Source of the DNA: a plasmid
Reading direction: 5' to 3' (one strand)
Sequence record: NZ_CP047975.1
Length of the DNA: 64,000 nt
Positions 52,647-64,000 of this stretch are shown piece by piece. Below the pieces are notes generated by a model. It did no database searches and was not told the DNA's origin. It saw only the letters and a list, made by a program, of their open reading frames with translations. A program made the translations under genes and the position numbers. How positions within the stretch are numbered: position 1 is the first letter of the stretch; each line of letters starts with the position of its first letter.

Positions 52647-52928
52647 TTAAATTGCTAAGCGTAAATTCAGTGCTTTTACAACTTTAATCACAGTATCAAA
52701 ACTAGGGTTAACATCACCAGAAAGTGCTTTATAAAGACTTTCTCGGCCTAAGCCTGTATCTCGTGATAATTGAGCCATTCCTTTAGCTTTTGCAATGTTA
52801 CCTAAAGCCTTTGCAATGAATGCGGCATCGCCATTAGATTCTTCAATACATGCTTGTAAGTAAGCCTGCATATCATCCTCTGTTTTAAGATGCTCAGCAC
52901 TGTCCCATTTGCGAAGTTTAATAGCCAT
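52647..52928 (-). CDS. higA: HTH addiction-module antidote protein (HigA-type antitoxin)
   Basis: 93 aa. Sits downstream of the toxin gene, the inverted higBA order. Confidence 0.75.
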   Translation of the reverse strand: MAIKLRKWDSAEHLKTEDDMQAYLQACIEESNGDAAFIAKALGNIAKAKGMAQLSRDTGLGRESLYKALSGDVNPSFDTVIKVVKALNLRLAI

Positions 52929-53231
52929 TTATAGCTCCTCCTCTAAATCTTGTGCCAATTGCAGGGCAAGTTTTATATCTTTACTTTGCGTAGACTTATC
53001 TCCGCCTGCTAAAAGAATAACAACCCTTTGCCCTTGCTTGCAGTAATAAATCCTATAGCCTGGCCCAAAGAAGAAACGTAATTCAGAAACACCTTCACCG
53101 ACCGGCTCAGTATCTCCAAAGTTTCCATCTTCAACCCGATCAATTCGGACTTGTATGCGTCTTTTTGCCTGCTGGTCTTTTAACTTGGTGAACCAGTCAT
53201 CAAAGACTTCAGTGGTATATATTGAGTACAT
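52929..53231 (-). CDS. higB: RelE/ParE-superfamily addiction-module killer protein (HigB-type toxin)
   Basis: About 100 aa from MYSIYTTEVFDDWF…. Confidence 0.75.
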   Translation of the reverse strand: MYSIYTTEVFDDWFTKLKDQQAKRRIQVRIDRVEDGNFGDTEPVGEGVSELRFFFGPGYRIYYCKQGQRVVILLAGGDKSTQSKDIKLALQLAQDLEEEL

Positions 53232-53274
53232 AAGTAGAATGTATCCTATAGGATACATTTATGCAAGAAATAAA

Positions 53275-54361
53275 GGCGAATTCAAACATGAGGTGCGACA
53301 GTTTCAAAAGCCATATGATAATCAACAAGCTGAGCAAATTTCTCTAATGGTGTAAGCCAATCTAACGCCTTTCTAGGACGAGTATTCAGTGACATGGCAA
53401 CTTGATTTAAATAATGCTGATCTGCCTGATTTAAATCAATCCCTTTAGGTAAATATTGCCTAATTAAACCATTCATATTTTCGCATGTGCCTTTTTGCCA
53501 GGGTGAATGTGGGTCACAGAAATATACATCTATGCCTAAATCTTCTTCGAGTATTTTATGTTCTGACATCTCACGTCCACGGTCATAGGTCAACGTTTTA
53601 CGCAGTTCTGCAGGTAAATATTTCAGAGCTTCAGTTAAAGCCTTGCGCACTGATTCTGCCTTTGCATCAGGTAATGTTGCCAAGATACAGAGCCGTGTAT
53701 TTCGTTCAATAAGTGTTGCTATCGAACTTTTATTGTCTTTACCTTTAATTAAATCAGCTTCCCAATGACCCGGTATTTTTCTTTCTTGAACTTCGGCTGG
53801 GCGCTCATGAATAGTTTTAATATCCTGTAATATAGAATCTTTTTTAGGTTCACCGTTAGCTTTTCGCTTTTTATTTTCATGACGTAGACAGGATAATAAG
53901 TCTTTTTTCAACTCACCCTTTGGTAATGCTCGTATCGTTGAATAAATCGTTGTATGGCTTACATTCATTGTTTGATCCAAATCAGGAAATGTCTTTAAAC
54001 GCTTTGCTATTTGCTGAGGAGACCATAAACAACGGATCGCTTCAACAATAAATTTCCAGAGGATTGAATCGATTTTGAGTTTTCTGTGACCACGTCTACG
54101 TCTAGCAAAAGTGTTATCAGAAGCATATTGAGCTTGATAAACGTCATTGATGCTATTTCTTTTAAGCTCACGATAGATCGTACTAGGATGTCTTTTAATG
54201 AGTTCAGCAAATTTTCTGGCTGAAAAGCCTTCTTTTCTTGACTCAAGCATTAATGCAGTACGATCTTCAAAGTTAAGATGATGGTATGACAATTTTATAT
54301 ACTCCATAAACCCTTTAAATTAATTAGGTGGTTTATGTCGCACTTCAAGTTTTACTCTGCC
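53275..54361 (-). mobile_element. ISAba125 (IS30 family), 1087 bp, left copy of Tn125
   Basis: 341-aa IS30-family transposase at 53282-54307. Imperfect IRs ggcgaattcaaacatgaggtgcgaca / ggcagagtaaaacttgaagtgcgaca. Identical to the copy at 62287-63373. Confidence 0.92.
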
Positions 54362-54599
54362 CTCCATTGTTTTCAATTTATCGGATTTCTAAAAACATGA
54401 GATATATGTTTCAATAAAAGTTTTTAAGAACTTTATACACCAAATACCAATGCTTCACTTATGATAAAGTGGATTAAAATTGCAGAAAATGGGTAAATCC
54501 ATAAAAAATGTCAACATCTTCAAATATACAATTGTATTTCAATTTCCGTTGTTTATAGTTGGAACATTTTTTTAAATCTCTACACTCAAGGTTAGATTT

Positions 54600-54884
54600 A
54601 TGTCTACTGCTCATAAAAAAGCATCCTTATTGCAAAAAGTCAGTAAAGGACTCACAGTTGGTTCAGTCATTACAGGAAGCACGTTTTTACATGGTCCCCC
54701 TGTTTTGGCACTCGGTTTTACCAAGCTGTTTAAAAAATCAAAAAAAGTAGACGAAACCAATATTCAATTGGCCAATAGCTGGATTGGTGTAAACAACCAC
54801 CTGATTGAAAAGGTGCTGCCAAACCTAAAGTGGGATATGGGTATAGGAAGTTCAACCGCCCTTTTTGGCGAGTCTGGCGGGTAG
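54600..54884 (+). CDS. Hypothetical AT-rich ORF (94 aa) running into the GC-rich ISCR27 boundary. Likely a truncated gene remnant
   Basis: Composition switches from AT-rich to GC-rich at about 54868, inside the ORF. Confidence 0.3.
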   Translation: MSTAHKKASLLQKVSKGLTVGSVITGSTFLHGPPVLALGFTKLFKKSKKVDETNIQLANSWIGVNNHLIEKVLPNLKWDMGIGSSTALFGESGG

Positions 54885-55094
54885 GAAGCGGCCGCGCAAG
54901 CGCCGCTTTGGGCACAGATCGGGCACAGATCGGGGGTTCATGCGTGGGTTTTCGACATCGCGGGGCCACGCAGCGGCTCAGTGCGTAGCCATTTCTCACC
55001 GAATCCCGGCACAGGGCCGAGCGCAGCCCTGCGGGGTCGTGGCCGCATCGGATCGGACTCTGGCTTGGCTGCCGGCTGTGTGGCCGGCGCCTCA

Positions 55095-56624
55095 TCACGC
55101 GGCGGGCGGCGGGGCGCGCGCTGCGGGCCGGTAGTGCGCTTGCTCCAGCGCGCCGTGTTTCTCGAAGTGGGCGAGGATGGCGCGAATGGCCTTGGGGTCT
55201 TCGATGCTGGCGACGATCCGCACCGCGCCGCCGCAGTGGGCGCAGGTGGTGATGTCGATGGAAAAGACCCGCTTGAGCCGTTGCGCCCAGCTCATCGCAC
55301 GGCGCTTCTGCTCGGGGCTGCGCGGCTCGTCGTGGGCGCTGACGTCCACTGGCGCCGCATCGCCCGCAGGCCGCCTGCCGCGCCCCGAGGGCGTCAGCTG
55401 CGCGCGCAGGTTTGCATTCGGGGCGAATACGCCGTGGAAGCGGGTGAGATGCGCGCGTGGCGGCGGGACCAGTGCCGCCAGCTTGGCGATGAAGTCCACC
55501 GCATCCCATTCGACATGCGTGGTGCCATTGCGCCACGGCGTCTTGAGCTGGTAACGCACCCTGCCCTGTGGCGAGATCGATAGCCGCTGCTCGCTGATCG
55601 CCGGGCGCGTGATGTAGCGGCACAGCTTTTCGAGCTTGTGGCTTTCGTGTGCTTCCGCGGCCACGCCGGCATGCAGCGAGAAGCCGCCGACCTTGCCGGC
55701 GTCGCCCTCCAGCGGACCGGCGTCGCCAGGCAGCGTTTGCAGCGTGACGACCTTGCGGCCAGCGTCGCGACCGGTGGCGATGCGGTAGGTCATCGAACTC
55801 ATCCGCAGCCCATCCATGCCGTCGTCGCTACCCGCGCTGTCGGACAGGAACACGGATTCGTCTTCGCCTTCGAGCCAGCCGCGGCGCGACAGGTGCCGGC
55901 ACACGCGATGCGCGATGGTGTTGGCCAGTTCCGTCAGTTGCGCCGATGTGGGCGCACGGGTGCGGTGCAGGCGCGGCTTGCGCTGCGGACGCTCGGTGGT
56001 GTCCTCGTACACGCCGTCGAGCCACAGCATGTGGAAGTGGATGTTGAGATTCAGCGCGCTGCCGAAGCGCTGGATCAGGGTCACCACGCCGCATTGCGCC
56101 GTATCCCGCGGCACGCCGGCCTGATCGGCAAGCCAACCGGCGATCACACGATGCACGATGCCCAGCACCGGGCCGATCGCCTCAGGCTTGCTGGCGAACA
56201 GGAAGCGCAACGGGTACGGGAAACTCAGCACCCATTGCCGCACCGGCCGCGGGCCGAACACCTCGTCCACCAGATGCCGCGCCGACTCGGCCATGCGCCG
56301 TGCGCCGCAGCTCGGGCACAGCCCGCGCTTCTTGCAGGAATACGCCACCAGCCTCTCGGCACGACAGTGCTCGCAGACCACGCGCAGGAAGCCGTGCTCG
56401 AGCACGCCGCAGCGCAGGTAGGTCTCGAACTCCTCGCGCACATACTCGGGCAGCGGGCGGTCTTCGGCCTCAAGACGCGCGATGAAGTCCGGGTAGTGCG
56501 CCTGCACTAGCGCGTACAGCAGCGTGCGCTCGGGCAGGTGGCGCGCGTAACGCGCAGCGGCGTGGGCGGCCGGCAGTGGCGCGCACACCTCGGCCTGCCG
56601 CCGGGGTGCGGTCAGGCGCGGCAC
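55095..56624 (-). CDS. ISCR27 (IS91-like rolling-circle) transposase
   Basis: 509 aa with the IS91/ISCR family zinc-binding and HUH-type organisation. Canonical position next to groEL in the NDM module. Confidence 0.85.
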   Translation of the reverse strand: MPRLTAPRRQAEVCAPLPAAHAAARYARHLPERTLLYALVQAHYPDFIARLEAEDRPLPEYVREEFETYLRCGVLEHGFLRVVCEHCRAERLVAYSCKKRGLCPSCGARRMAESARHLVDEVFGPRPVRQWVLSFPYPLRFLFASKPEAIGPVLGIVHRVIAGWLADQAGVPRDTAQCGVVTLIQRFGSALNLNIHFHMLWLDGVYEDTTERPQRKPRLHRTRAPTSAQLTELANTIAHRVCRHLSRRGWLEGEDESVFLSDSAGSDDGMDGLRMSSMTYRIATGRDAGRKVVTLQTLPGDAGPLEGDAGKVGGFSLHAGVAAEAHESHKLEKLCRYITRPAISEQRLSISPQGRVRYQLKTPWRNGTTHVEWDAVDFIAKLAALVPPPRAHLTRFHGVFAPNANLRAQLTPSGRGRRPAGDAAPVDVSAHDEPRSPEQKRRAMSWAQRLKRVFSIDITTCAHCGGAVRIVASIEDPKAIRAILAHFEKHGALEQAHYRPAARAPPPAA

Positions 56625-56812
56625 GCAGCGCTCCGTTGCAGGGACGGCTGCTCAGGGTTGCGCCCGCGAGCACGCGTTCATATCGGCGTTTTCTGATCTT
56701 CGCGTCAGACATTGCCGCGGGGCGGGTAGGAAGTCTCCCGCCTCGGACGCCAGAACGCACAAAGCCCGGCACGAGGCCGGGCTTTGTGGTCTTGCTTGAT
56801 GGATCGCGGGGC

Positions 56813-58459
<1,647 letters not shown>

Positions 58460-58508
58460 TTACCTCGAAAAATTATTCGGATGAGAAATGTGTGGGAGCG
58501 ACGCGCGA

Positions 58509-58799
58509 TCAGCCGAGGATCGCGAACAGGTCGTCTTCCTTCACCACCAGCAGCTCGACGCCGTCCAGCTTCACTTCGGTGCCGCTGTACTTGCCGAACA
58601 GCACCTTGTCGCCGACCTTGACCTGCGGCGCGCGGACCTGGCCGTTGTCCAGCACCTTGCCGGTGCCGACGGCGACGACTTCGCCCTTGATCGGCTTCTC
58701 GGTGGCCGAATCCGGGATCACGATCCCGCCGGCGGACAGCTTCTCTTCTTCCATGCGCTTGATGACCACGCGGTCGTGCAGCGGCTTGATATTGGACAT
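58509..58799 (-). CDS. groES: Co-chaperonin GroES
   Basis: 96 aa from [15 protein letters not shown]. Confidence 0.95.
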   Translation of the reverse strand: MSNIKPLHDRVVIKRMEEEKLSAGGIVIPDSATEKPIKGEVVAVGTGKVLDNGQVRAPQVKVGDKVLFGKYSGTEVKLDGVELLVVKEDDLFAILG

Positions 58800-58992
58800 G
58801 GCAACCTCGGTAAATGGTTGATTGACGTGGAAAAACCCGGCGATTTTAGCAGTCGCGCGAAGCGAGTGCCAAACCGCGGACAACAGAACCGGGCGAACCC
58901 GGCATGCCACCGAGATGGGGCGGGCCCGCCGACTTTCAAGGGCCGCACGCGGATGTCCGCCAGGCCCGCCGGATCGGGGCAGCCGCTACCCT

Positions 58993-59322
58993 ATGCCGGT
59001 GAGCGCCCTGATCTGCTTCTGCACCTGTCCCGACGCCGACAGCGCCGAGCGCATCGCCACCGCGCTGGTGGCCGAGCGCCTGGCCGCCTGCGTCAACCTC
59101 CTGCCCGGCCTGCGTTCGGTCTATCGCTGGCAACGCAAGGTCGAGGCCGCGGCCGAGGTCCTGCTGCTGGTCAAGACCAGTGCCGAGGCCTACCCCGCCC
59201 TGCAGGAACGCCTGCGCCAACTGCATCCCTACGAACTCCCGGAGCTGCTCGCGGTCGAAGCCGCGTCCGGCCTGCCCGAATACCTGCAATGGCTGGCCGC
59301 CGAGAGCCGACCGGTAAACTGA
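58993..59322 (+). CDS. cutA1: Divalent-cation tolerance protein CutA1
   Basis: About 110 aa. …ACVNLLPGLRSVYRWQ…. Confidence 0.8.
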   Translation: MPVSALICFCTCPDADSAERIATALVAERLAACVNLLPGLRSVYRWQRKVEAAAEVLLLVKTSAEAYPALQERLRQLHPYELPELLAVEAASGLPEYLQWLAAESRPVN

Positions 59323-59326
59323 GCCA

Positions 59327-60358
59327 ATGACCGCATCCACGATCCGCCTGCGCCGCTGGCTGGCCGGGCTCGCCCTGCTGCTTGCGCTGCCCGCGACCTC
59401 GGCCGTCGCCCAGGACTTCGAACTGCCGCCGGTCGACGAGGTCTTCGTCCTGTCCGCGCAGGCCACCGCGCCGGACCGCATCGAGGTGCGCTGGCGGATC
59501 GCCGACGGCTATTACCTGTACCGGCACCGCACCTCGGTCAAGGCCGATGCCGCCTTCACCGGCGCGACCATGGCGCTGCCGAAGGGCAAGGCCTACCGCG
59601 ACGAATTCTTCGGCGACGTCGAAACCTACCGCAAGGAATTGCTCGGCACCCTCACCGGCACGCCCGCGGCCGGCGCGAGCGCGACCACCCTGACCGTGAA
59701 GTACCAGGGCTGCGCCGATGCCGGCGTGTGCTACCCGCCGCAGACCCGCACCCTGAAGGTCGCGTTGCCGGGCGAAGCGGGCGCTGGCGGCTTCGGCTGT
59801 AAGGCGCGCGGGCTGCATGATTATGTCGTCAAGAACGGCTCTGCCGATCATCCCAACGCCGAGGTGAAATTCGCACTGGGTGATGTGGTCAACACCATGA
59901 TCGGCTGCACTAATGGTGAAACGATCATGCTGTGCCACGACACCTCGCTGCCGCGCCCCTATTCTCTCGGCTTTCGGGTGCAAGGCACCGAGGGGCTGTG
60001 GATGGACGTCAACAAGTCGATCTATCTGGAGGGCAAGAGCCCACAGCCGCACCGCTGGGAGCCTGCCGAGGGCTGGTTTGCGAAATACGATCACCCGCTA
60101 TGGAAACGCTACGCCGATCTGGCGGCAGGGGCCGGGCATGGCGGGATGGACTGGTTCGTGATCCACGCTTTTGTCGAGGCGCTGAAGGCCAAGGCCCCGA
60201 TGCCAATCGACATTTACGACGCGCTGGCCTGGAGCGCGATCACGCCTCTGTCGGAACAATCGATTGCTGAGGGCAATCGCACGTTAGATTTTCCCGACTT
60301 CACCCGAGGGCAGTGGCGCACCCGCAAGCCGATCTTTGCGCTGAACGACGCCTATTGA
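59327..60358 (+). CDS. tat: Twin-arginine-signal DsbD/tat-like protein of the NDM module
   Basis: 343 aa. N-terminal RRW…LLLALPATSAVAQ signal. DsbD-N-like region, then an oxidoreductase-like C-terminus. Confidence 0.6.
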   Translation: MTASTIRLRRWLAGLALLLALPATSAVAQDFELPPVDEVFVLSAQATAPDRIEVRWRIADGYYLYRHRTSVKADAAFTGATMALPKGKAYRDEFFGDVETYRKELLGTLTGTPAAGASATTLTVKYQGCADAGVCYPPQTRTLKVALPGEAGAGGFGCKARGLHDYVVKNGSADHPNAEVKFALGDVVNTMIGCTNGETIMLCHDTSLPRPYSLGFRVQGTEGLWMDVNKSIYLEGKSPQPHRWEPAEGWFAKYDHPLWKRYADLAAGAGHGGMDWFVIHAFVEALKAKAPMPIDIYDALAWSAITPLSEQSIAEGNRTLDFPDFTRGQWRTRKPIFALNDAY

Positions 60359-60368
60359 TCGACGCGAT

Positions 60369-61007
60369 TTAGGCCAAGCGCACCGCAAAGGCGAAATTGG
60401 TAATCTTGTCGGTATCCTTGACGCCCGGCGCGCTTTCGACGCCGCTGGAGGTATCGACCAGCGGCGCTCCGGTGCGCGCAATCGCCTCGGCAACATTCGT
60501 CGGATTTAGCCCGCCTGCCAGCCCCCACGGCAAGGCACCGCGATATCCGGCCAGCAGCGACCAGTCGAACGCCAACCCCATGCCGCCGGGCAGCGCGCCT
60601 TTGGGGGTCTTGGCGTCGAACAAGATCAAGTCCGCCGCCCCGGCATAGGCTGCGGCGCGTGCGACATCGCTGGCGCTGGCGACGGGCAGCGCCTTCCACA
60701 CCGGCTTGCCAAACCGCGCGCGCAACTGGGCCACGCGTTCGGGCGATTCCGAACCGTGCAGCTGCAGCGCGTTCAGCTTGGCTGCCACCAGTGCGTCGGC
60801 GATGACAGCATCATCCGCATCGACGAACAAACCGACCATGGCGATCTGGCCAGCTGCGCGCGATGTCAAAGCGCCCGCGACATTCGACGTAACCGCACGG
60901 GGCGACGCTGGATAGAACACCAACCCGGCATAGTCCGCCCGCGCCGCGATGGTCGCATCGAGCGCCTCGGGTGTGCTGATCCCGCAAATCTTGATTTTCG
61001 CGGGCAT
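60369..61007 (-). CDS. trpF: Phosphoribosylanthranilate isomerase
   Basis: 212 aa. MPAKIKICGISTPEALDA…. Confidence 0.85.
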   Translation of the reverse strand: MPAKIKICGISTPEALDATIAARADYAGLVFYPASPRAVTSNVAGALTSRAAGQIAMVGLFVDADDAVIADALVAAKLNALQLHGSESPERVAQLRARFGKPVWKALPVASASDVARAAAYAGAADLILFDAKTPKGALPGGMGLAFDWSLLAGYRGALPWGLAGGLNPTNVAEAIARTGAPLVDTSSGVESAPGVKDTDKITNFAFAVRLA

Positions 61008-61011
61008 GCGG

Positions 61012-61377
61012 TCAGTCGGGGTTCTGGATCAGCCGCACCAGCGTGCAGTCGGGATCGATCAGGTAGCCGATCCTCAGGCCGCTCGCCTCCAGTTGCGGAG
61101 CTTTGAAGCGCGGCCAGCCGGTGCTTTTTTCCTCGGCTCCCGCCGCGTTCACCAATGCCACCATGGCATCGAGATCATCCAACCGCAGGCAACAGCCGAA
61201 CGAGCTCGTAGCTGGGTCGAGGTCAGGATAGGGGAAGAATTCGAGCTGCAAACCGCCGCGCTGCAGGATCATCCAGCCGCGATCCTTCCAACTCGTCGCA
61301 AAGCCCAGCTTCGCATAAAACGCCTCTGTCACATCGAAATCGCGCGATGGCAGATTGGGGGTGACGTGGTCAGCCAT
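61012..61377 (-). CDS. bleMBL: Bleomycin-binding resistance protein
   Basis: 121 aa. Glyoxalase/bleomycin-resistance fold. Lies directly downstream of blaNDM. Confidence 0.9.
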   Translation of the reverse strand: MADHVTPNLPSRDFDVTEAFYAKLGFATSWKDRGWMILQRGGLQLEFFPYPDLDPATSSFGCCLRLDDLDAMVALVNAAGAEEKSTGWPRFKAPQLEASGLRIGYLIDPDCTLVRLIQNPD

Positions 61378-61380
61378 GGC

Positions 61381-62193
61381 TCAGCGCAGCTTGTCGGCCA
61401 TGCGGGCCGTATGAGTGATTGCGGCGCGGCTATCGGGGGCGGAATGGCTCATCACGATCATGCTGGCCTTGGGGAACGCCGCACCAAACGCGCGCGCTGA
61501 CGCGGCGTAGTGCTCAGTGTCGGCATCACCGAGATTGCCGAGCGACTTGGCCTTGCTGTCCTTGATCAGGCAGCCACCAAAAGCGATGTCGGTGCCGTCG
61601 ATCCCAACGGTGATATTGTCACTGGTGTGGCCGGGGCCGGGGTAAAATACCTTGAGCGGGCCAAAGTTGGGCGCGGTTGCTGGTTCGACCCAGCCATTGG
61701 CGGCGAAAGTCAGGCTGTGTTGCGCCGCAACCATCCCCTCTTGCGGGGCAAGCTGGTTCGACAACGCATTGGCATAAGTCGCAATCCCCGCCGCATGCAG
61801 CGCGTCCATACCGCCCATCTTGTCCTGATGCGCGTGAGTCACCACCGCCAGCGCGACCGGCAGGTTGATCTCCTGCTTGATCCAGTTGAGGATCTGGGCG
61901 GTCTGGTCATCGGTCCAGGCGGTATCGACCACCAGCACGCGGCCGCCATCCCTGACGATCAAACCGTTGGAAGCGACTGCCCCGAAACCCGGCATGTCGA
62001 GATAGGAAGTGTGCTGCCAGACATTCGGTGCGAGCTGGCGGAAAACCAGATCGCCAAACCGTTGGTCGCCAGTTTCCATTTGCTGGCCAATCGTCGGGCG
62101 GATTTCACCGGGCATGCACCCGCTCAGCATCAATGCAGCGGCTAATGCGGTGCTCAGCTTCGCGACCGGGTGCATAATATTGGGCAATTCCAT
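61381..62193 (-). CDS. blaNDM-1: Metallo-beta-lactamase NDM-1 (carbapenemase)
   Basis: 270 aa from [54 protein letters not shown]… The metal motif is HAHQD. Confidence 0.96.
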
Positions 62194-62268
62194 CAAGTTT
62201 TCCTTTTATTCAGCATTAAAAACCCCGCAAATGCGAGGCCTAGTAAATAGATGATCTTAATTTGGTTC

Positions 62269-62297
62269 ACTGTAGCAAAAATATGGGGCGAATTCAA
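62269..62297 (-). promoter_or_regulatory. blaNDM-1 hybrid promoter: the -35 TTGAAT lies inside the ISAba125 inverted repeat at 62292-62297, and the -10 TACAGT is at 62269-62274, with a 17-bp spacer
   Basis: Minus-sense reading is gtttgaattcgccccatatttttgctacagtg. Confidence 0.75.
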
Positions 62298-63373
62298 ACA
62301 TGAGGTGCGACAGTTTCAAAAGCCATATGATAATCAACAAGCTGAGCAAATTTCTCTAATGGTGTAAGCCAATCTAACGCCTTTCTAGGACGAGTATTCA
62401 GTGACATGGCAACTTGATTTAAATAATGCTGATCTGCCTGATTTAAATCAATCCCTTTAGGTAAATATTGCCTAATTAAACCATTCATATTTTCGCATGT
62501 GCCTTTTTGCCAGGGTGAATGTGGGTCACAGAAATATACATCTATGCCTAAATCTTCTTCGAGTATTTTATGTTCTGACATCTCACGTCCACGGTCATAG
62601 GTCAACGTTTTACGCAGTTCTGCAGGTAAATATTTCAGAGCTTCAGTTAAAGCCTTGCGCACTGATTCTGCCTTTGCATCAGGTAATGTTGCCAAGATAC
62701 AGAGCCGTGTATTTCGTTCAATAAGTGTTGCTATCGAACTTTTATTGTCTTTACCTTTAATTAAATCAGCTTCCCAATGACCCGGTATTTTTCTTTCTTG
62801 AACTTCGGCTGGGCGCTCATGAATAGTTTTAATATCCTGTAATATAGAATCTTTTTTAGGTTCACCGTTAGCTTTTCGCTTTTTATTTTCATGACGTAGA
62901 CAGGATAATAAGTCTTTTTTCAACTCACCCTTTGGTAATGCTCGTATCGTTGAATAAATCGTTGTATGGCTTACATTCATTGTTTGATCCAAATCAGGAA
63001 ATGTCTTTAAACGCTTTGCTATTTGCTGAGGAGACCATAAACAACGGATCGCTTCAACAATAAATTTCCAGAGGATTGAATCGATTTTGAGTTTTCTGTG
63101 ACCACGTCTACGTCTAGCAAAAGTGTTATCAGAAGCATATTGAGCTTGATAAACGTCATTGATGCTATTTCTTTTAAGCTCACGATAGATCGTACTAGGA
63201 TGTCTTTTAATGAGTTCAGCAAATTTTCTGGCTGAAAAGCCTTCTTTTCTTGACTCAAGCATTAATGCAGTACGATCTTCAAAGTTAAGATGATGGTATG
63301 ACAATTTTATATACTCCATAAACCCTTTAAATTAATTAGGTGGTTTATGTCGCACTTCAAGTTTTACTCTGCC
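62287..63373 (-). mobile_element. ISAba125 (IS30 family), right copy of Tn125
   Basis: Identical to 53275-54361. Transposase at 62294-63319. Confidence 0.92.
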
Positions 63374-63403
63374 AAACTTGATATTTGGGGCTCGAAACGG
63401 TGA

Positions 63404-63431
63404 ATTTCGTATAACCGCCATTATGTTAAGT
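63404..63431. other. pdif site: atttcgtataa-ccgcca-ttatgttaagt
   Basis: 11-6-11. Pairs with the 52578 site to bound the higBA dif module into which Tn125 is inserted. Confidence 0.75.
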
Positions 63432-63481
63432 TAATCAAAATTCTTAATGCACCAAAACCTAAAAATTTAAATGGAGTAAAA

Positions 63482-64000
63482 ATGACTTTAAAGGGGTTAG
63501 ATATTCAAGAAGATTGTATCAAAGCTATTTCTAATGAATCTTTAATATTTGATATTAAGAATAAAGAGTTTTTAGAGGATATAGAAAATCTTTTATTACA
63601 GTATTTTCAAAATTTTAGTAATGATTTAAATGGAATTGAGTTTGATAATTTTTCTGTGGAGTTTTGGTTCGATGCAGGACAATTGATTATTTATCCTGAA
63701 AAAGATTTATTAGATCGTAAACCCTTTGAATCTGAATATGATTTAGATAGATTAGACCCTTATTTTTATCTAGTTTGTGAAGAATATAGGATATATTTTG
63801 ATGACTTAATATCTCGAAAAGTAAGCGATCAAGTATCTGAAAAAGAAGCTATTTCTAAAACTAATGACGTAATTGATTGTGTAAGCAAAGCTATAAAAAA
63901 TATAAATGATGAAAACAATCTTTTAAAGATGTTAGGCAGGCCTAAATTAGAAATAAGATATTTCGGTGTAACGAAAGAAGAACTTTTAGCAAAAGAAATT
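63482..64000 (+). CDS. Partial hypothetical ORF, open to the window end (at least 173 aa)
   Basis: ATG at 63482 with no stop before 64000. AT-rich and acidic. Confidence 0.3.
   Translation, partial: MTLKGLDIQEDCIKAISNESLIFDIKNKEFLEDIENLLLQYFQNFSNDLNGIEFDNFSVEFWFDAGQLIIYPEKDLLDRKPFESEYDLDRLDPYFYLVCEEYRIYFDDLISRKVSDQVSEKEAISKTNDVIDCVSKAIKNINDENNLLKMLGRPKLEIRYFGVTKEELLAKEI

Overview
The window is a mosaic Acinetobacter-type multiresistance replicon segment of AT-rich backbone with three GC-rich foreign inserts.

(1) Positions 1-4.9 kb hold a Rep_3 replication and partition module: parG-like, parA, a DnaA box, iterons and repB. It is followed by an IS3-family element. The module is bracketed by one inverted solo copy (395-750) and a roughly 10-copy direct array (4960-8395) of a 344-bp non-coding tandem repeat.

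(2) Positions 9-13 kb carry two toxin-antitoxin cassettes: hipBA, and fic with an unannotated yhfG-like small ORF.

(3) Positions 13.3-26.3 kb hold an unusual cluster. Two giant proteins with tyrosine-recombinase domains (783 and 1064 aa) lie in tandem. They are followed, after an IS256-family insertion, by a 1703-aa protein with five regions in order: a transglutaminase-like region, a DUF4011-like region, an SF1/UPF1-like helicase core, a DUF3320-like region, and a C-terminal VSR/DUF559-like endonuclease domain. I cannot assign this cluster to any described system. It is my top candidate for the undescribed system.

(4) Positions 26.47-35.3 kb are a GC-rich island. It has a WYL regulator and a membrane protein on one strand. 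On the other strand it has an operon of a metallo-beta-lactamase-fold protein, an E2-E1-JAB triple-fusion enzyme (ubiquitin-like conjugation machinery, Bil/Bub/Cap2-Cap3-like), and a second metallo-beta-lactamase-fold paralog. Its left edge is marked by a truncated Abi_C gene fragment.

(5) Positions 35.3-40.8 kb hold a small integrative-element-like segment: an XRE-ImmA pair, small zinc-ribbon ORFs, a P4-type integrase and a HicB-like protein.

(6) Positions 40.85-47.7 kb hold an IS3-family element whose orfB has an in-frame stop, aac(3)-II with tmrB, a complete tRNA-Leu(UAA) gene interrupted by an approximately 213-nt group I intron at the canonical anticodon position, a DUF3883 nuclease-fold protein, and a frameshifted IS1182-family element.

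(7) Positions 48.3-52.6 kb hold a pdif-bounded blaOXA-58 module (ISAba3, blaOXA-58, truncated ISAba3-like), a truncated araC1 fused to an integrase fragment, and an SMI1/KNR4 dif module.

(8) Positions 52.6-63.4 kb hold a complete Tn125, running ISAba125, ISCR27, groEL, groES, cutA1, tat, trpF, bleMBL, blaNDM-1, ISAba125. It is inserted, with AAA flanks, inside a pdif module that carries a higBA-like toxin-antitoxin pair.

All calls come from reading the sequence and the supplied ORF translations. No database searches were run.
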